A stretch of 64,000 nt of DNA from Escherichia coli. Its GTDB lineage: Bacteria; Pseudomonadota; Gammaproteobacteria; Enterobacterales; Enterobacteriaceae. Positions 48,082 to 62,926 of this stretch are shown here, in pieces; position 1 is the first letter of the stretch; the number at the start of each line of letters is the position of its first letter. The notes below the pieces were generated by a model, which was not told where the DNA came from, searched no databases, and was given only the letters and a program-made list of their open reading frames with translations. The stretch is from NCBI RefSeq assembly GCF_044647545.1, contig NZ_CP172818.1. One strand, given 5' to 3'. The position numbers and the translations under genes are program-made.

Positions 48082-48265
48082 GCCGGCAGTATGGAGCGAG
48101 GAGAAAAAAAGACGAGGGCCAGTTTCTATTTCTTCGGCGCATCTTCCGGACTATTTACGCCGTTGCAGGACATTGCAAAATTGCGGGAAGGCGTCTCGAA
48201 GAATTTAACGGAGGGTAAAAAAAACCGACGCACACTGGCGTCGGCTCTGGCAGGATGTTTCGTAA

Positions 48266-49060
48266 TTAGATAGCCACCGGCGCTTTAATGCCCGGATGCG
48301 GATCGTAGCCTTCAATCTCAAAGTCTTCGAAACGGTAGTCGAAGATGGATTCGGGTTTACGTTTGATAATCAACTTCGGCAGCGGACGCGGTTCGCGGCT
48401 TAATTGCAGATGAGTTTGATCCATATGATTGCTGTACAGGTGCGTATCGCCACCGGTCCAGACAAAATCACCCACTTCCAGATCGCACTGCTGCGCCATC
48501 ATATGCACCAGTAACGCGTAGCTGGCAATGTTGAACGGCAGGCCGAGGAAGACGTCACAGGAGCGCTGATAAAGCTGGCAAGAGAGTTTGCCGTCTGCCA
48601 CATAGAACTGGAAGAATGCATGGCACGGTGCCAGCGCCATTTTATCCAGTTCGCCTACGTTCCACGCTGAAACAATAATGCGGCGCGAATCCGGGTCGTT
48701 TTTCAGCTGGTTCAGTACCGTAGTGATCTGGTCAATATGACGACCATCTGGCGTTGGCCAGGCGCGCCACTGTTTACCATACACTGGCCCGAGGTCGCCG
48801 TTTTCATCGGCCCATTCGTCCCAGATGGTGACATTGTTTTCGTGTAGATAAGCAATGTTAGTGTCGCCCTGCAGAAACCACAGCAGTTCATGGATGATGG
48901 AACGCAGGTGGCAACGTTTAGTTGTCACCAGCGGGAATCCATCCTGCAGGTTAAAACGCATCTGATGACCAAAAATGGAAAGCGTTCCGGTTCCGGTACG
49001 GTCGTTTTTCTGTGTGCCTTCGTCGAGCACTTTTTGCATCAGTTCTAAATACTGTTTCAT
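48266..49060 (-). CDS. thyA: Thymidylate synthase
   Basis: 264-aa ORF recognised as ThyA (active-site region [13 protein letters not shown]). Confidence 0.95.
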
Positions 49061-49066
49061 GGTTCC

Positions 49067-49942
49067 TCAGGAAACGTGTTGCTGTGGGCTGCGACGATAT
49101 GCCCAGACCATCATGATCACACCCGCGACAATCATCGGGATGGAAAGAATTTGCCCCATGCTAATGTACTGCACCCAGGCACCAGTAAACTGCGCGTCGG
49201 GCTGGCGGAAAAACTCAACAATGATGCGAAACGCGCCGTAACCAATCAGGAACAAACCTGAGACAGCTCCCATTGGGCGCGGTTTACGAATATACAGGTT
49301 GAGGATAATAAACAGCACCACACCTTCCAGCAGCAGCTCGTAAAGCTGTGATGGGTGGCGCGGCAGCACACCGTAAGTGTCGAAAATGGATTGCCACTGC
49401 GGGTTGGTTTGCAGCAGCAAAATATCTTCTGTACGGGAGCCAGGGAACAGCATGGCAAACGGGAAGTTCGGGTCAACGCGGCCCCACAATTCACCGTTAA
49501 TAAAGTTGCCCAGACGCCCGGCACCAAGACCAAACGGAATGAGTGGTGCGATAAAATCAGAAACCTGGAAGAAGGAACGTTTAGTACGACGGGCGAAGAT
49601 AATCATCACCACGATAACGCCAATCAGGCCGCCGTGGAAGGACATGCCGCCGTCCCAGACACGGAACAGATACAGCGGATCGGCCATAAACTGCGGGAAA
49701 TTGTAGAACAGAACATAACCAATACGTCCACCGAGGAAGACGCCGAGGAAGCCCGCATAGAGTAAGTTTTCAACTTCATTTTTGGTCCAGCCGCTGCCCG
49801 GACGATTCGCCCGACGTGTTGCCAGCCACATTGCAAAAATGAAACCCACCAGATACATCAGGCCGTACCAGTGAAGCGCCACGGGTCCTATTGAGAAAAT
49901 GACCGGATCAAACTCCGGAAAATGCAGATAGCTACTGGTCAT
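49067..49942 (-). CDS. lgt: Prolipoprotein diacylglyceryl transferase
   Basis: 291-aa polytopic membrane ORF recognised as Lgt; 6-nt gap to thyA. Confidence 0.92.
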
Positions 49943-50092
49943 CTGTCACCACAAGTTCTTGTTATTTCGCTGAAAGAGAACAGCGATTGAAATGCGCGCC
50001 GCAGGTTTCAGGCGCTCCAAAGGTGCGAATAATAGCACAAGGGGACCAGGCTGGTTGCCGGATACCGTTAAAAGATATGTATATGATCCGCG

Positions 50093-52339
50093 CTATAACC
50101 CTCCGCGAATCAGCCCGCCCATGCCGCGACGCTCCATAAAGGCTGCAACCTGATGGCGAACTTCGGTCGCCAGTTGCGCTTCCAGACTACGCTGCGCAAG
50201 ATTTTCTGCTTCAGCAAAATCAATGCGCCGCAGCAGGTATTTTACGCGCGCTACAGAACGTCCGTTCATAGACAGATGGCGATACCCAAGCCCAATGAGG
50301 ATTGCCACGCACATGGGATCGCCCGCCATTTCACCGCACAAACGGAGATCGATTCCATGTATTTCCGCTTCCCGGGCGATCATCGCCAGAGCTCGTAACA
50401 TTGCAGGATGAAGACTGTCATAAATGTTCGCCACCCGGGTATTGTTGCGATCAACGGCCAGGATGTATTGCGTCAGATCGTTGGTGCCAACAGAGATGAA
50501 ATCGACCCGCTTTGCCAGATGCGGCAGCATAAATACCATTGACGGCACTTCCAGCATGATGCCGATACGTGGTTTGGGAATTTCGTAACCGATCATCTCC
50601 TCGACTTCACGTCCGGCACGTTCAATCAGGCGGCGTGCTTCGTCAACTTCATCGAGGCTTGTGACCATCGGCAACAGAATATTCAGGTTGCCCGTAGCGG
50701 CATTAGCACGCAGCATCGCACGCACCTGGATCAAGAAGATCTCCGGCTGATCGAGCGTAATGCGAATCCCACGCCAACCCAGGCATGGATTCTCTTCGCT
50801 GATCGGCATGTAAGGCAGCTGCTTATCTGCTCCGACATCCAGCGTACGCAAGGTGACGGGTTTATCATTAAACATTTGCAGCATCCCCTGATACTGCGCC
50901 ACCTGTTCTTCTTCCGACGGAAAACCACTTTGCAGCATGAATGGGATTTCAGTGCGATAAAGTCCTATGCCATCAATACGGCTGCCCAGTTTTTCTTCAT
51001 GTTCCGGGCTTAAACCGGCATTGAGCATGACTTTAATGCGCTCGCCGCTTTTTAACTGGGCGGGTAAATTGACGTCATCTTCCGCCAGACGGCTAAGCTC
51101 AATCTCTTCACTAATTAGCCGCTGATATTCTTGCAGCAGTACCGGCTCCGGATCGACCAGCAATTCACCGCGATAACCATCGACGATCAGCGTCCGACGA
51201 TGCAGCACCGAAGGCTGAATATCCGCGCCCATCACGGTAGGGATCCCCAGCGCACGTACCATGATCGCAGCATGGGAGTTGGCAGCGCCATCGCGCACGA
51301 CAACACCGACTAAGCGATCCTGGGGCAGCTCAGCAAGCGTTGTCGCTGACAGTTCATCTGCCACCAGAATGAAACGTTCCGGCCAGGCGTTCGGCCCTTG
51401 ATTAGCGTCATCAAGATGAAACAGCAATCGCTGGCCCAGCGCACGTAAATCGCCAGCCCGCTCTTTGAGATAGTTATCGCTTAGCGCGGCAAACTGTTCG
51501 GCAAATTTTTCAATGACCGTTTTTACCGCCCACTCTGCCACCGAGCCTTTATCAACCTCGGCAAACAATTCGCGACGCAGCCGGGTATCCGAAAGCAGGT
51601 GTGAGTAAAGATCGAAAATAGCCGCCGTTTCTTTTTGTGCACCGGCAGCAAAGCGTTTGCTATAACGGCGAAACTCGTTTGCCGCTTCTTCCAGCGCCCC
51701 GGTCAGTCGTTCGCGTTCCAGAGCCGGATCCAGCGTTGATGCCTGATACACCTGTTCCATTAAAGGTAACGTGGCATCCTGCCAGCCTTCGGCAATCGCC
51801 ACACCAGGTGCTGCCGGTAATGCGCGGATTCGCGTCTGGCGATATTGCCCAAACAAGGCAGTCAACTGCGACTGAGAAAGAATAGCTGCCATCTGGGTGG
51901 CAAGCGTCACCAGGAAGGATTCTTCACTTTCGTCATACTGGCGCAACTCTCGTTGCTGTACCACCAGTACACCAAGCAACTGGCGACGTTGAATAATTGG
52001 TACGCCTAAAAATGCGCGGAAACGTTCTTCTTTTACGGAGGGGACGTATTTGAAGCTGGGGTGCTTTTGCGCATCTGCAAGGTTTATCGGTTCCGCCAGC
52101 CTGCCAACCAGGCCGACGATCCCTTCATCAAACGCGAGCGTTACAGTGCGACCGCGTGGTTTTTTCAGCCCCCGGGTCGCCATCAGGTAGTAACAACGTC
52201 GATCATGATCGGCAAGGTAAACCGAACAGACCTCGGTATCCATCGCAAGACAGATGTCGGTAACCAGAATATTTAACGCCTCATTCAGGCGTGGTGCGCT
52301 GGCTACCTTTTCGACTATTTCGCGCAGGCGAGTGAGCAT
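50093..52339 (-). CDS. ptsP: PEP-protein phosphotransferase Enzyme I-Ntr (GAF domain + EI)
   Basis: 748-aa ORF recognised as PtsP. Confidence 0.92.
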   Translation of the reverse strand: MLTRLREIVEKVASAPRLNEALNILVTDICLAMDTEVCSVYLADHDRRCYYLMATRGLKKPRGRTVTLAFDEGIVGLVGRLAEPINLADAQKHPSFKYVPSVKEERFRAFLGVPIIQRRQLLGVLVVQQRELRQYDESEESFLVTLATQMAAILSQSQLTALFGQYRQTRIRALPAAPGVAIAEGWQDATLPLMEQVYQASTLDPALERERLTGALEEAANEFRRYSKRFAAGAQKETAAIFDLYSHLLSDTRLRRELFAEVDKGSVAEWAVKTVIEKFAEQFAALSDNYLKERAGDLRALGQRLLFHLDDANQGPNAWPERFILVADELSATTLAELPQDRLVGVVVRDGAANSHAAIMVRALGIPTVMGADIQPSVLHRRTLIVDGYRGELLVDPEPVLLQEYQRLISEEIELSRLAEDDVNLPAQLKSGERIKVMLNAGLSPEHEEKLGSRIDGIGLYRTEIPFMLQSGFPSEEEQVAQYQGMLQMFNDKPVTLRTLDVGADKQLPYMPISEENPCLGWRGIRITLDQPEIFLIQVRAMLRANAATGNLNILLPMVTSLDEVDEARRLIERAGREVEEMIGYEIPKPRIGIMLEVPSMVFMLPHLAKRVDFISVGTNDLTQYILAVDRNNTRVANIYDSLHPAMLRALAMIAREAEIHGIDLRLCGEMAGDPMCVAILIGLGYRHLSMNGRSVARVKYLLRRIDFAEAENLAQRSLEAQLATEVRHQVAAFMERRGMGGLIRGGL

Positions 52340-52351
52340 AATTGGCGTGAC

Positions 52352-52882
52352 TTAACCTCTTTTACGTCGATAAGCAGATGCGTTTTGTGGTTTTGGCGTA
52401 TTTTCCTGCAGTGACATCACCACACTCGCGAACTCTTTCATTACCTTACGGTAGACATCACGTTTAAATGACACCACCTGTCTGACCGGATACCAGTAAC
52501 TTACCCATCGCCAGCCGTCAAACTCTGGTGTACTGCTGGTTTGCATATTGATTTCTGCATCGCCGCTCACCAGCTGCAAGAGAAACCATTTTTGTTTTTG
52601 GCCGATACAAACCGGCTTCGTGTCCCAACGCACCAAACGTTTCGGTAATTTGTAGCGCAACCAGTTACGCGTTGAAGCAAGGATTCGAACGTCTTTACGG
52701 CTTAATCCTACTTCTTCAAACAATTCACGGTACATCGCCTGCTCTGCGGATTCTCCGGGGTTGATTCCGCCTTGCGGAAATTGCCAGGAGTGCTGACCAA
52801 ATCGCCGGGCCCACATTACCTGCCCCTGGCGATTACAAATCACGATACCTACGTTTGGGCGGTAGCCATCGTCATCAATCAC
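52352..52882 (-). CDS. rppH: RNA pyrophosphohydrolase (Nudix)
   Basis: 176-aa ORF with Nudix box [22 protein letters not shown]; recognised as RppH (NudH). Confidence 0.92.
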   Translation of the reverse strand: MIDDDGYRPNVGIVICNRQGQVMWARRFGQHSWQFPQGGINPGESAEQAMYRELFEEVGLSRKDVRILASTRNWLRYKLPKRLVRWDTKPVCIGQKQKWFLLQLVSGDAEINMQTSSTPEFDGWRWVSYWYPVRQVVSFKRDVYRKVMKEFASVVMSLQENTPKPQNASAYRRKRG

Positions 52883-53566
52883 CGGACTACCTCAAAATAA
52901 AGCTTTATATACGAATGATTGTTTCATACTCCAGGAAGACGGTAAACCACTCTCTGCAGGGCATTACACACTAATAACAATTGAATAACTCACAGTTATG
53001 TGCAGAGTTATAAACAGAGGAAGGGGTGGATAGCCGTTTTTATTCACCTTTTCTGTGGATAGAGTTGTGAAGAACTACGGAATTACTACGGGAAAACCCG
53101 GAGCATTCTGAATAAGCCCGATATAGACATTTTAAAATATTCATTATCAGTCAATGCATTACATGTAATTTTAGTAATAAAAAAGAGTAATTCGTGACCC
53201 AGGTCACACCTCTCATTTACGGGTTGGCGAAAGATCAACCAATGCCGTATTTATCCACAGAATGTGCCACTAAGTTAAGCACTGAACCACTAAAAACTGG
53301 AGTTTCGTCGCACGTCAAGGCTGTAAATGGAAACAGTAGTGGAGGTTTTTCACAGTTATCCCAGCTTTCTGTGGATAACATGGTGTAAGATCCTGTTTAT
53401 TTTCAGTGACCAGATTTGGAAAACCCATTGCAGTGTTGCGCAACTCGATTACCGGCAACCTAAAAAGCAATATAAATCAGAGGATTGAACAACGCCTGTG
53501 GAAAAAGTTACACTGCGAATATTCGGCACATAATTGCTGTTTGTTTTTTAACCAAGGTATCGTGAC

Positions 53567-54256
53567 ATGTCCCAACCTCGCCCACTGCTCTCTCCTCCCG
53601 AAACTGAAGAACAGTTGTTAGCGCAAGCACAGCAACTTTCTGGTTATACATTGGGAGAACTGGCGGCACTTGCCGGGCTGGTTACGCCAGAGAATTTAAA
53701 ACGCGATAAGGGCTGGATTGGCGTGTTACTGGAGATCTGGCTAGGTGCCAGCGCAGGGAGTAAACCTGAGCAAGATTTTGCTGCTCTGGGCGTGGAACTT
53801 AAAACTATCCCTGTGGATAGTCTTGGTCGTCCGCTGGAAACAACATTCGTTTGTGTTGCCCCGTTAACGGGTAATAGCGGGGTGACCTGGGAAACCAGCC
53901 ACGTGCGCCACAAGCTCAAACGCGTACTGTGGATACCGGTTGAAGGCGAGCGCAGCATCCCGCTGGCGCAGCGTCGCGTAGGATCACCGTTACTGTGGAG
54001 CCCGAATGAAGAGGAAGACCGACAGCTACGCGAAGACTGGGAAGAATTAATGGATATGATTGTTCTCGGTCAGGTTGAGCGGATTACCGCTCGTCACGGG
54101 GAATATTTACAGATACGACCGAAAGCAGCGAATGCGAAAGCGCTTACCGAAGCCATTGGTGCCCGGGGCGAACGGATTCTGACGCTGCCACGCGGCTTTT
54201 ATTTGAAGAAGAATTTCACCAGTGCACTACTGGCCCATCATTTTCTGATCCAGTAG
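53567..54256 (+). CDS. mutH: DNA mismatch repair endonuclease MutH
   Basis: 229-aa ORF recognised as MutH. Confidence 0.92.
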   Translation: MSQPRPLLSPPETEEQLLAQAQQLSGYTLGELAALAGLVTPENLKRDKGWIGVLLEIWLGASAGSKPEQDFAALGVELKTIPVDSLGRPLETTFVCVAPLTGNSGVTWETSHVRHKLKRVLWIPVEGERSIPLAQRRVGSPLLWSPNEEEDRQLREDWEELMDMIVLGQVERITARHGEYLQIRPKAANAKALTEAIGARGERILTLPRGFYLKKNFTSALLAHHFLIQ

Positions 54257-54324
54257 CCATCGCTTTGACCTGCCGCTTTCCGGGCATATAATTACCGCTT
54301 CATTTTTTTGGCAGGGCTTTTTAG

Positions 54325-55038
54325 ATGTTATTTGCATGGATAACCGATCCTAACGCCTGGCTTGCGCTCGGTACGCTGACGCTGCTGGAGATCGTTCTTG
54401 GGATCGACAATATTATTTTTCTTTCTCTGGTGGTGGCAAAGCTCCCCACAGCACAACGTGCTCATGCGCGGCGTCTGGGGTTGGCGGGAGCCATGGTTAT
54501 GCGTCTGGCGCTGCTGGCATCAATCGCCTGGGTTACGCGCCTGACAAATCCGCTTTTTACAATATTCAGCCAGGAAATTTCCGCCCGTGATTTGATTCTG
54601 CTTCTGGGTGGCTTGTTCCTTATCTGGAAAGCCAGCAAGGAAATCCACGAATCCATTGAAGGTGAAGAAGAAGGGCTGAAAACACGCGTTTCATCATTCC
54701 TCGGCGCTATCGTGCAGATTATGCTGCTGGATATTATCTTCAGCCTCGACTCGGTGATTACCGCTGTGGGTCTGTCAGATCACCTGTTTATTATGATGGC
54801 CGCCGTGGTGATTGCCGTAGGCGTGATGATGTTCGCCGCACGCTCGATTGGTGATTTTGTCGAACGCCATCCTTCGGTAAAAATGCTGGCGCTCTCTTTC
54901 CTGATTCTGGTGGGCTTTACCCTGATTCTTGAAAGTTTCGACATCCACGTACCGAAAGGTTACATCTACTTCGCGATGTTCTTCTCTATTGCGGTTGAAA
55001 GCCTCAACCTGATTCGCAACAAAAAGAATCCGCTCTGA
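54325..55038 (+). CDS. ygdQ: TerC-family inner-membrane protein
   Basis: 237-aa hydrophobic ORF recognised as YgdQ. Confidence 0.85.
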
Positions 55039-55175
55039 TACTCCGTACGCTCTCCTGCGGGAGGGCGTACTCACTCCTGTTACCCTCACAGTTTAAGATT
55101 TTCCTGCTTTCAAGATATATAACGTCGGTTTATAAAAAGACTATTATCATAGGTGGGCCAAATGAGGATAACCGG

Positions 55176-55394
55176 ATGAAAAAATGGGCAGTAATAATTT
55201 CTGCAGTCGGACTGGCGTTTGCTGTATCCGGGTGTTCCAGTGATTACGTCATGGCGACCAAAGATGGCCGTATGATTTTGACCGATGGAAAACCTGAAAT
55301 TGATGATGATACCGGGCTGGTGAGTTATCACGATCAGCAAGGTAACGCGATGCAAATTAACCGTGATGATGTTTCGCAAATTATTGAACGTTAA
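55176..55394 (+). CDS. ygdR: DUF903 lipoprotein
   Basis: 72-aa ORF with lipoprotein signal and lipobox (VSGC); clear paralogue of YgdI elsewhere in the window. Confidence 0.82.
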
Positions 55395-55501
55395 CAAATA
55401 AGGTCAGCATCCGGCTGGCCTTAAGATTTTTCTCTTTCCCTTTTCCCTTCCCTCTGCCATTTTTATATTCCTTATGTCGTGATTATAAAAAGGAAACGGC
55501 T

Positions 55502-56542
55502 ATGCAATATCACCGTATACCCCACAGTTCGCTGGAAGTCAGCACGCTGGGGCTTGGCACGATGACGTTTGGTGAACAGAACAGCGAAGCCGACGCCCAC
55601 GCACAACTCGACTATGCCGTCGCTCAGGGCATTAACCTTATCGACGTTGCCGAAATGTACCCAGTACCTCCGCGCCCCGAAACTCAAGGGCTAACCGAAA
55701 CCTACGTCGGCAACTGGCTGGCGAAACATGGCAGCCGCGAAAAGTTAATTATCGCCTCCAAAGTGAGCGGACCGTCGCGCAATAATGACAAAGGCATCCG
55801 CCCGGATCAGGCGCTGGATCGGAAGAATATCCGCGAAGCGCTGCATGACAGCCTCAAGCGTCTGCAGACTGATTACCTCGATCTCTATCAGGTGCACTGG
55901 CCGCAGCGCCCAACCAACTGCTTCGGCAAACTCGGTTATAGCTGGACGGATTCTGCGCCTGCGGTTTCGCTGCTGGATACGCTGGACGCACTGGCAGAGT
56001 ACCAACGCGCGGGAAAAATTCGTTATATCGGCGTGTCGAACGAAACTGCATTTGGCGTAATGCGCTACCTGCATCTGGCGGACAAACACGATCTGCCGCG
56101 TATTGTCACCATTCAGAACCCCTACAGCCTGTTAAACCGCAGTTTTGAAGTAGGTCTGGCAGAAGTCAGCCAGTATGAAGGGGTCGAACTGCTGGCCTAT
56201 TCGAGCCTGGGTTTCGGCACACTGACCGGGAAATATCTCAATGGTGCAAAACCCGCTGGCGCACGTAATACGCTCTTTAGTCGGTTCACCCGCTATAGCG
56301 GTGAGCAAACGCAAAAAGCCGTCGCGGCGTATGTTGATATCGCCAGACGTCATGGCCTGGACCCTGCTCAGATGGCGCTCGCATTTGTACGCCGTCAACC
56401 GTTTGTTGCCAGCACTCTGCTGGGCGCAACCACGATGGAGCAGCTGAAAACTAACGTCGAAAGTTTGCATCTGGAGTTAAGCGAAGACGTATTAGCTGAA
56501 ATTGAAGCGGTGCATCAGGTTTATACGTATCCTGCACCATAA
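55502..56542 (+). CDS. tas: NADP(H)-dependent aldo-keto reductase Tas
   Basis: 346-aa ORF recognised as Tas. Confidence 0.9.
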   Translation: MQYHRIPHSSLEVSTLGLGTMTFGEQNSEADAHAQLDYAVAQGINLIDVAEMYPVPPRPETQGLTETYVGNWLAKHGSREKLIIASKVSGPSRNNDKGIRPDQALDRKNIREALHDSLKRLQTDYLDLYQVHWPQRPTNCFGKLGYSWTDSAPAVSLLDTLDALAEYQRAGKIRYIGVSNETAFGVMRYLHLADKHDLPRIVTIQNPYSLLNRSFEVGLAEVSQYEGVELLAYSSLGFGTLTGKYLNGAKPAGARNTLFSRFTRYSGEQTQKAVAAYVDIARRHGLDPAQMALAFVRRQPFVASTLLGATTMEQLKTNVESLHLELSEDVLAEIEAVHQVYTYPAP

Positions 56543-56573
56543 GATTAACGCCGGTTAAAACCGGCGTTAAATA

Positions 56574-59940
<3,367 letters not shown>

Positions 59941-60006
59941 TCAGTAAAAGCGAATGGAGGGAGATTACACGAGATAAAGAACGCGAGCGACAGTAAATTA
60001 GGTGCG

Positions 60007-60094
60007 AAAAAAAACCTGCGCATCCGCGCAGGTTGGTGCAAGAGACAGGGTACGAAGAGCGTACCGAATAATCTCACCAATCAATACCTCTGGG
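60007..60094 (-). ncRNA. omrA: OmrA sRNA
   Basis: Reverse complement reads CCCAGAGGTATTGATTGGTGAGATTATTCGGTACGCTCTTCGTACCCTGTCTCTTGCACCAACCTGCGCGGATGCGCAGG + U8 (88 nt), recognised as OmrA. Confidence 0.9.
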
Positions 60095-60209
60095 ATCTTG
60101 ATTGTGGTCTGCACGACGACTCTTCGCCAGCGAGAAAACGCAAAGGAATGAAGGGAAATGCAACGAGGTGTGTAAATTGTCGGTTACTGTTACAGATTGA
60201 TGACCGGCA

Positions 60210-60291
60210 AAAAAAAACCTGCGCATCTGCGCAGGCTGGTGTAATTCATGTGCTCAACCCGAAGTTGACTTCACCTATCAATACCTCTGGG
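60210..60291 (-). ncRNA. omrB: OmrB sRNA
   Basis: Reverse complement reads CCCAGAGGTATTGATAGGTGAAGTCAACTTCGGGTTGAGCACATGAATTACACCAGCCTGCGCAGATGCGCAGG + U-tail; shares 5' and 3' ends with OmrA. Confidence 0.9.
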
Positions 60292-60504
60292 ATCACCACT
60301 TTAGCAACCTGAAGCCAAACGCCACCAGCAGTCAATCGCAACAGCGTTTCGCAAAGTGTAACCAAAGGTTTGCAATCTCTTTTTTTGTCTTACTTATTTG
60401 CGTTTGGCTCACATTCCCACGATGAAAGCATGCCCCCCCTTGAACCAACGGGCGTTTTCCGTAACACTGAAAGAATGTAAGCGTTTACCCACTAAGGTAT
60501 TTTC

Positions 60505-61536
60505 ATGGCGACCATAAAGGATGTAGCCCGACTGGCAGGCGTTTCAGTCGCCACCGTTTCACGCGTCATTAATAATTCACCCAAAGCCAGCGAAGCTTCC
60601 CGACTGGCTGTGCATAGTGCAATGGAGTCTCTTAGCTATCACCCGAACGCCAACGCCCGTGCGCTGGCGCAGCAGACCACTGAAACGATCGGTCTGGTCG
60701 TTGGTGATGTTTCCGATCCGTTTTTCGGTGCAATGGTGAAAGCGGTCGAACAGGTGGCTTATCACACTGGTAATTTTTTATTGATTGGCAACGGTTACCA
60801 CAACGAACAAAAAGAGCGTCAGGCCATTGAGCAACTGATCCGCCATCGCTGTGCTGCGCTGGTTGTCCATGCCAAAATGATCCCGGATGCTGATTTAGCC
60901 TCATTAATGAAACAAATGCCCGGTATGGTGCTGATCAACCGTATCCTGCCTGGCTTTGAAAACCGCTGTATTGCTCTGGACGATCGTTACGGTGCCTGGC
61001 TGGCAACGCGTCATTTAATTCAGCAAGGTCATACCCGCATTGGTTATCTGTGCTCTAACCACTCTATTTCTGACGCCGAAGATCGTCTGCAAGGGTATTA
61101 CGATGCCCTTGCTGAAAGTGGTATTCCGGCCAATGACCGGCTGGTGACATTTGGCGAACCAGACGAAAGCGGGGGCGAACAGGCAATGACCGAGCTTTTG
61201 GGACGAGGCAGAAATTTCACTGCGGTAGCCTGTTATAACGATTCAATGGCGGCGGGCGCGATGGGCGTGCTCAATGATAATGGTATTGATGTACCGGGTG
61301 AGATTTCGTTAATTGGCTTTGATGATGTGCTGGTGTCGCGCTATGTGCGTCCGCGTCTGACCACCGTGCGTTACCCAATCGTGACGATGGCGACCCAGGC
61401 TGCCGAACTGGCTTTGGCGCTGGCGGATAATCGCCCTCTCCCGGAAATCACTAATGTCTTTAGTCCGACGCTGGTACGTCGCCATTCAGTGTCAACTCCG
61501 TCGCTGGAGGCAAGTCATCATGCAACCAGCGACTAA
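60505..61536 (+). CDS. galR: Galactose repressor (LacI family)
   Basis: 343-aa ORF with N-terminal HTH MATIKDVARLAGVSVATVSRVIN; recognised as GalR. Confidence 0.92.
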   Translation: MATIKDVARLAGVSVATVSRVINNSPKASEASRLAVHSAMESLSYHPNANARALAQQTTETIGLVVGDVSDPFFGAMVKAVEQVAYHTGNFLLIGNGYHNEQKERQAIEQLIRHRCAALVVHAKMIPDADLASLMKQMPGMVLINRILPGFENRCIALDDRYGAWLATRHLIQQGHTRIGYLCSNHSISDAEDRLQGYYDALAESGIPANDRLVTFGEPDESGGEQAMTELLGRGRNFTAVACYNDSMAAGAMGVLNDNGIDVPGEISLIGFDDVLVSRYVRPRLTTVRYPIVTMATQAAELALALADNRPLPEITNVFSPTLVRRHSVSTPSLEASHHATSD

Positions 61537-61542
61537 CCGCAG

Positions 61543-62805
61543 TTAAAGCAATTCCAGCGCCAGTAATTCTTCAATGGTCTGGCGACGGCGAATCAACCGC
61601 GCCTGACCATTATCAAACAGAACTTCTGGTAACAGCGGACGACTGTTGTAGTTGGATGACATTGATGCGCCATATGCCCCCGTATCATGCAGTACCAGAT
61701 AATCACCCGCCTTCACTTCCGGCAAGGCGCGGGTTTCGACATTTCCCCCTTCCTGCTGGGTAAAGACATCGCCCGATTCACATAACGGCCCGGCGACGAC
61801 GGTTTCCACCGTTGGCGCGTGTTCCAGAGAACGACCATCAGCTGCCAGGGCACTGATATGGTGGTAACTACCGTACATTGCCGGGCGCATCAGATCGTTG
61901 AACCCGGCATCAACCAGCACAAAGTGGCGGCTACCCATTTGTTTGACGCTTCGCACTTGAGTAATTAATACGCCAGCCTGCGCTACCAGAAAGCGACCCG
62001 GTTCAATTTCCAGTTTCACAGGATGGCCCAAATGGCGGGCGATTTGCTCACGCGCGGCATTCCATAGACCATAATAATGTTCAGTATCAACCGCCTCTTC
62101 ACCCTGTTGATAAGGAATAGAAAGCCCACCGCCCGCAGAAATAGCCTGTAAATCCTGACCGAATTCGAGGACCTGACGCACCATAGCACCACATACCTGT
62201 TCCAGATGGGCATAATCGACGCCAGAACCAATGTGCATGTGAATGCCGACCAGCTGTAGATGATGACGTTGTATCACGTCCAGTGCGGCGGGCAGATCGG
62301 TGTACCAGATACCGTGCTTGCTGTTTTCGCCACCGGTATTGGTTTTTTGGCTATGCCCGTGACCAAACCCCGGATTAACACGCAGCCATACCCGATGCCC
62401 TGGCGAAACCTGACCCAGTTGGTCGAGCATATCAACAGAACCCGCATTCACCGGAATTTGCAATTCACTGACGCGTTCAAGCGTCGCCTGATCGATAACA
62501 TCTGCCGTAAAAACAATATCATCGGGGTGCGTTTGCGGATTGTAACCCGCCGCCAGTGCACGCTCTATTTCGCCTAACGAGACGGAATCCACTTTTACGC
62601 CCTGCTCACGCATTAAGCGCAAAATATGAATATTGGAACAGGCTTTCTGTGCAAAGCGCACCACATCAAACTGTTTCAGCGCTGCAATCTGCCGACGAAT
62701 AATTTGCGCATCGTAGACCCACACCGGGCAGCCAAATTCTGCGGGCAAACGCAGCAGATTTTCGGCGGTGAGATCGGTATCAGTGCTGAACAGTGAATGT
62801 GGCAT
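61543..62805 (-). CDS. lysA: Diaminopimelate decarboxylase
   Basis: 420-aa ORF recognised as LysA. Confidence 0.92.
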   Translation of the reverse strand: MPHSLFSTDTDLTAENLLRLPAEFGCPVWVYDAQIIRRQIAALKQFDVVRFAQKACSNIHILRLMREQGVKVDSVSLGEIERALAAGYNPQTHPDDIVFTADVIDQATLERVSELQIPVNAGSVDMLDQLGQVSPGHRVWLRVNPGFGHGHSQKTNTGGENSKHGIWYTDLPAALDVIQRHHLQLVGIHMHIGSGVDYAHLEQVCGAMVRQVLEFGQDLQAISAGGGLSIPYQQGEEAVDTEHYYGLWNAAREQIARHLGHPVKLEIEPGRFLVAQAGVLITQVRSVKQMGSRHFVLVDAGFNDLMRPAMYGSYHHISALAADGRSLEHAPTVETVVAGPLCESGDVFTQQEGGNVETRALPEVKAGDYLVLHDTGAYGASMSSNYNSRPLLPEVLFDNGQARLIRRRQTIEELLALELL

Positions 62806-62926
62806 AACAAACTCCAGATAAGTGCTTTTTTATGATTACGCCACATCATAAAAAGAATAAAAAATATCGATTTGTGTCGAGTCTATGCAAAAATGATATG
62901 GATTACCGGATTGCGAGAGAGCGCTA

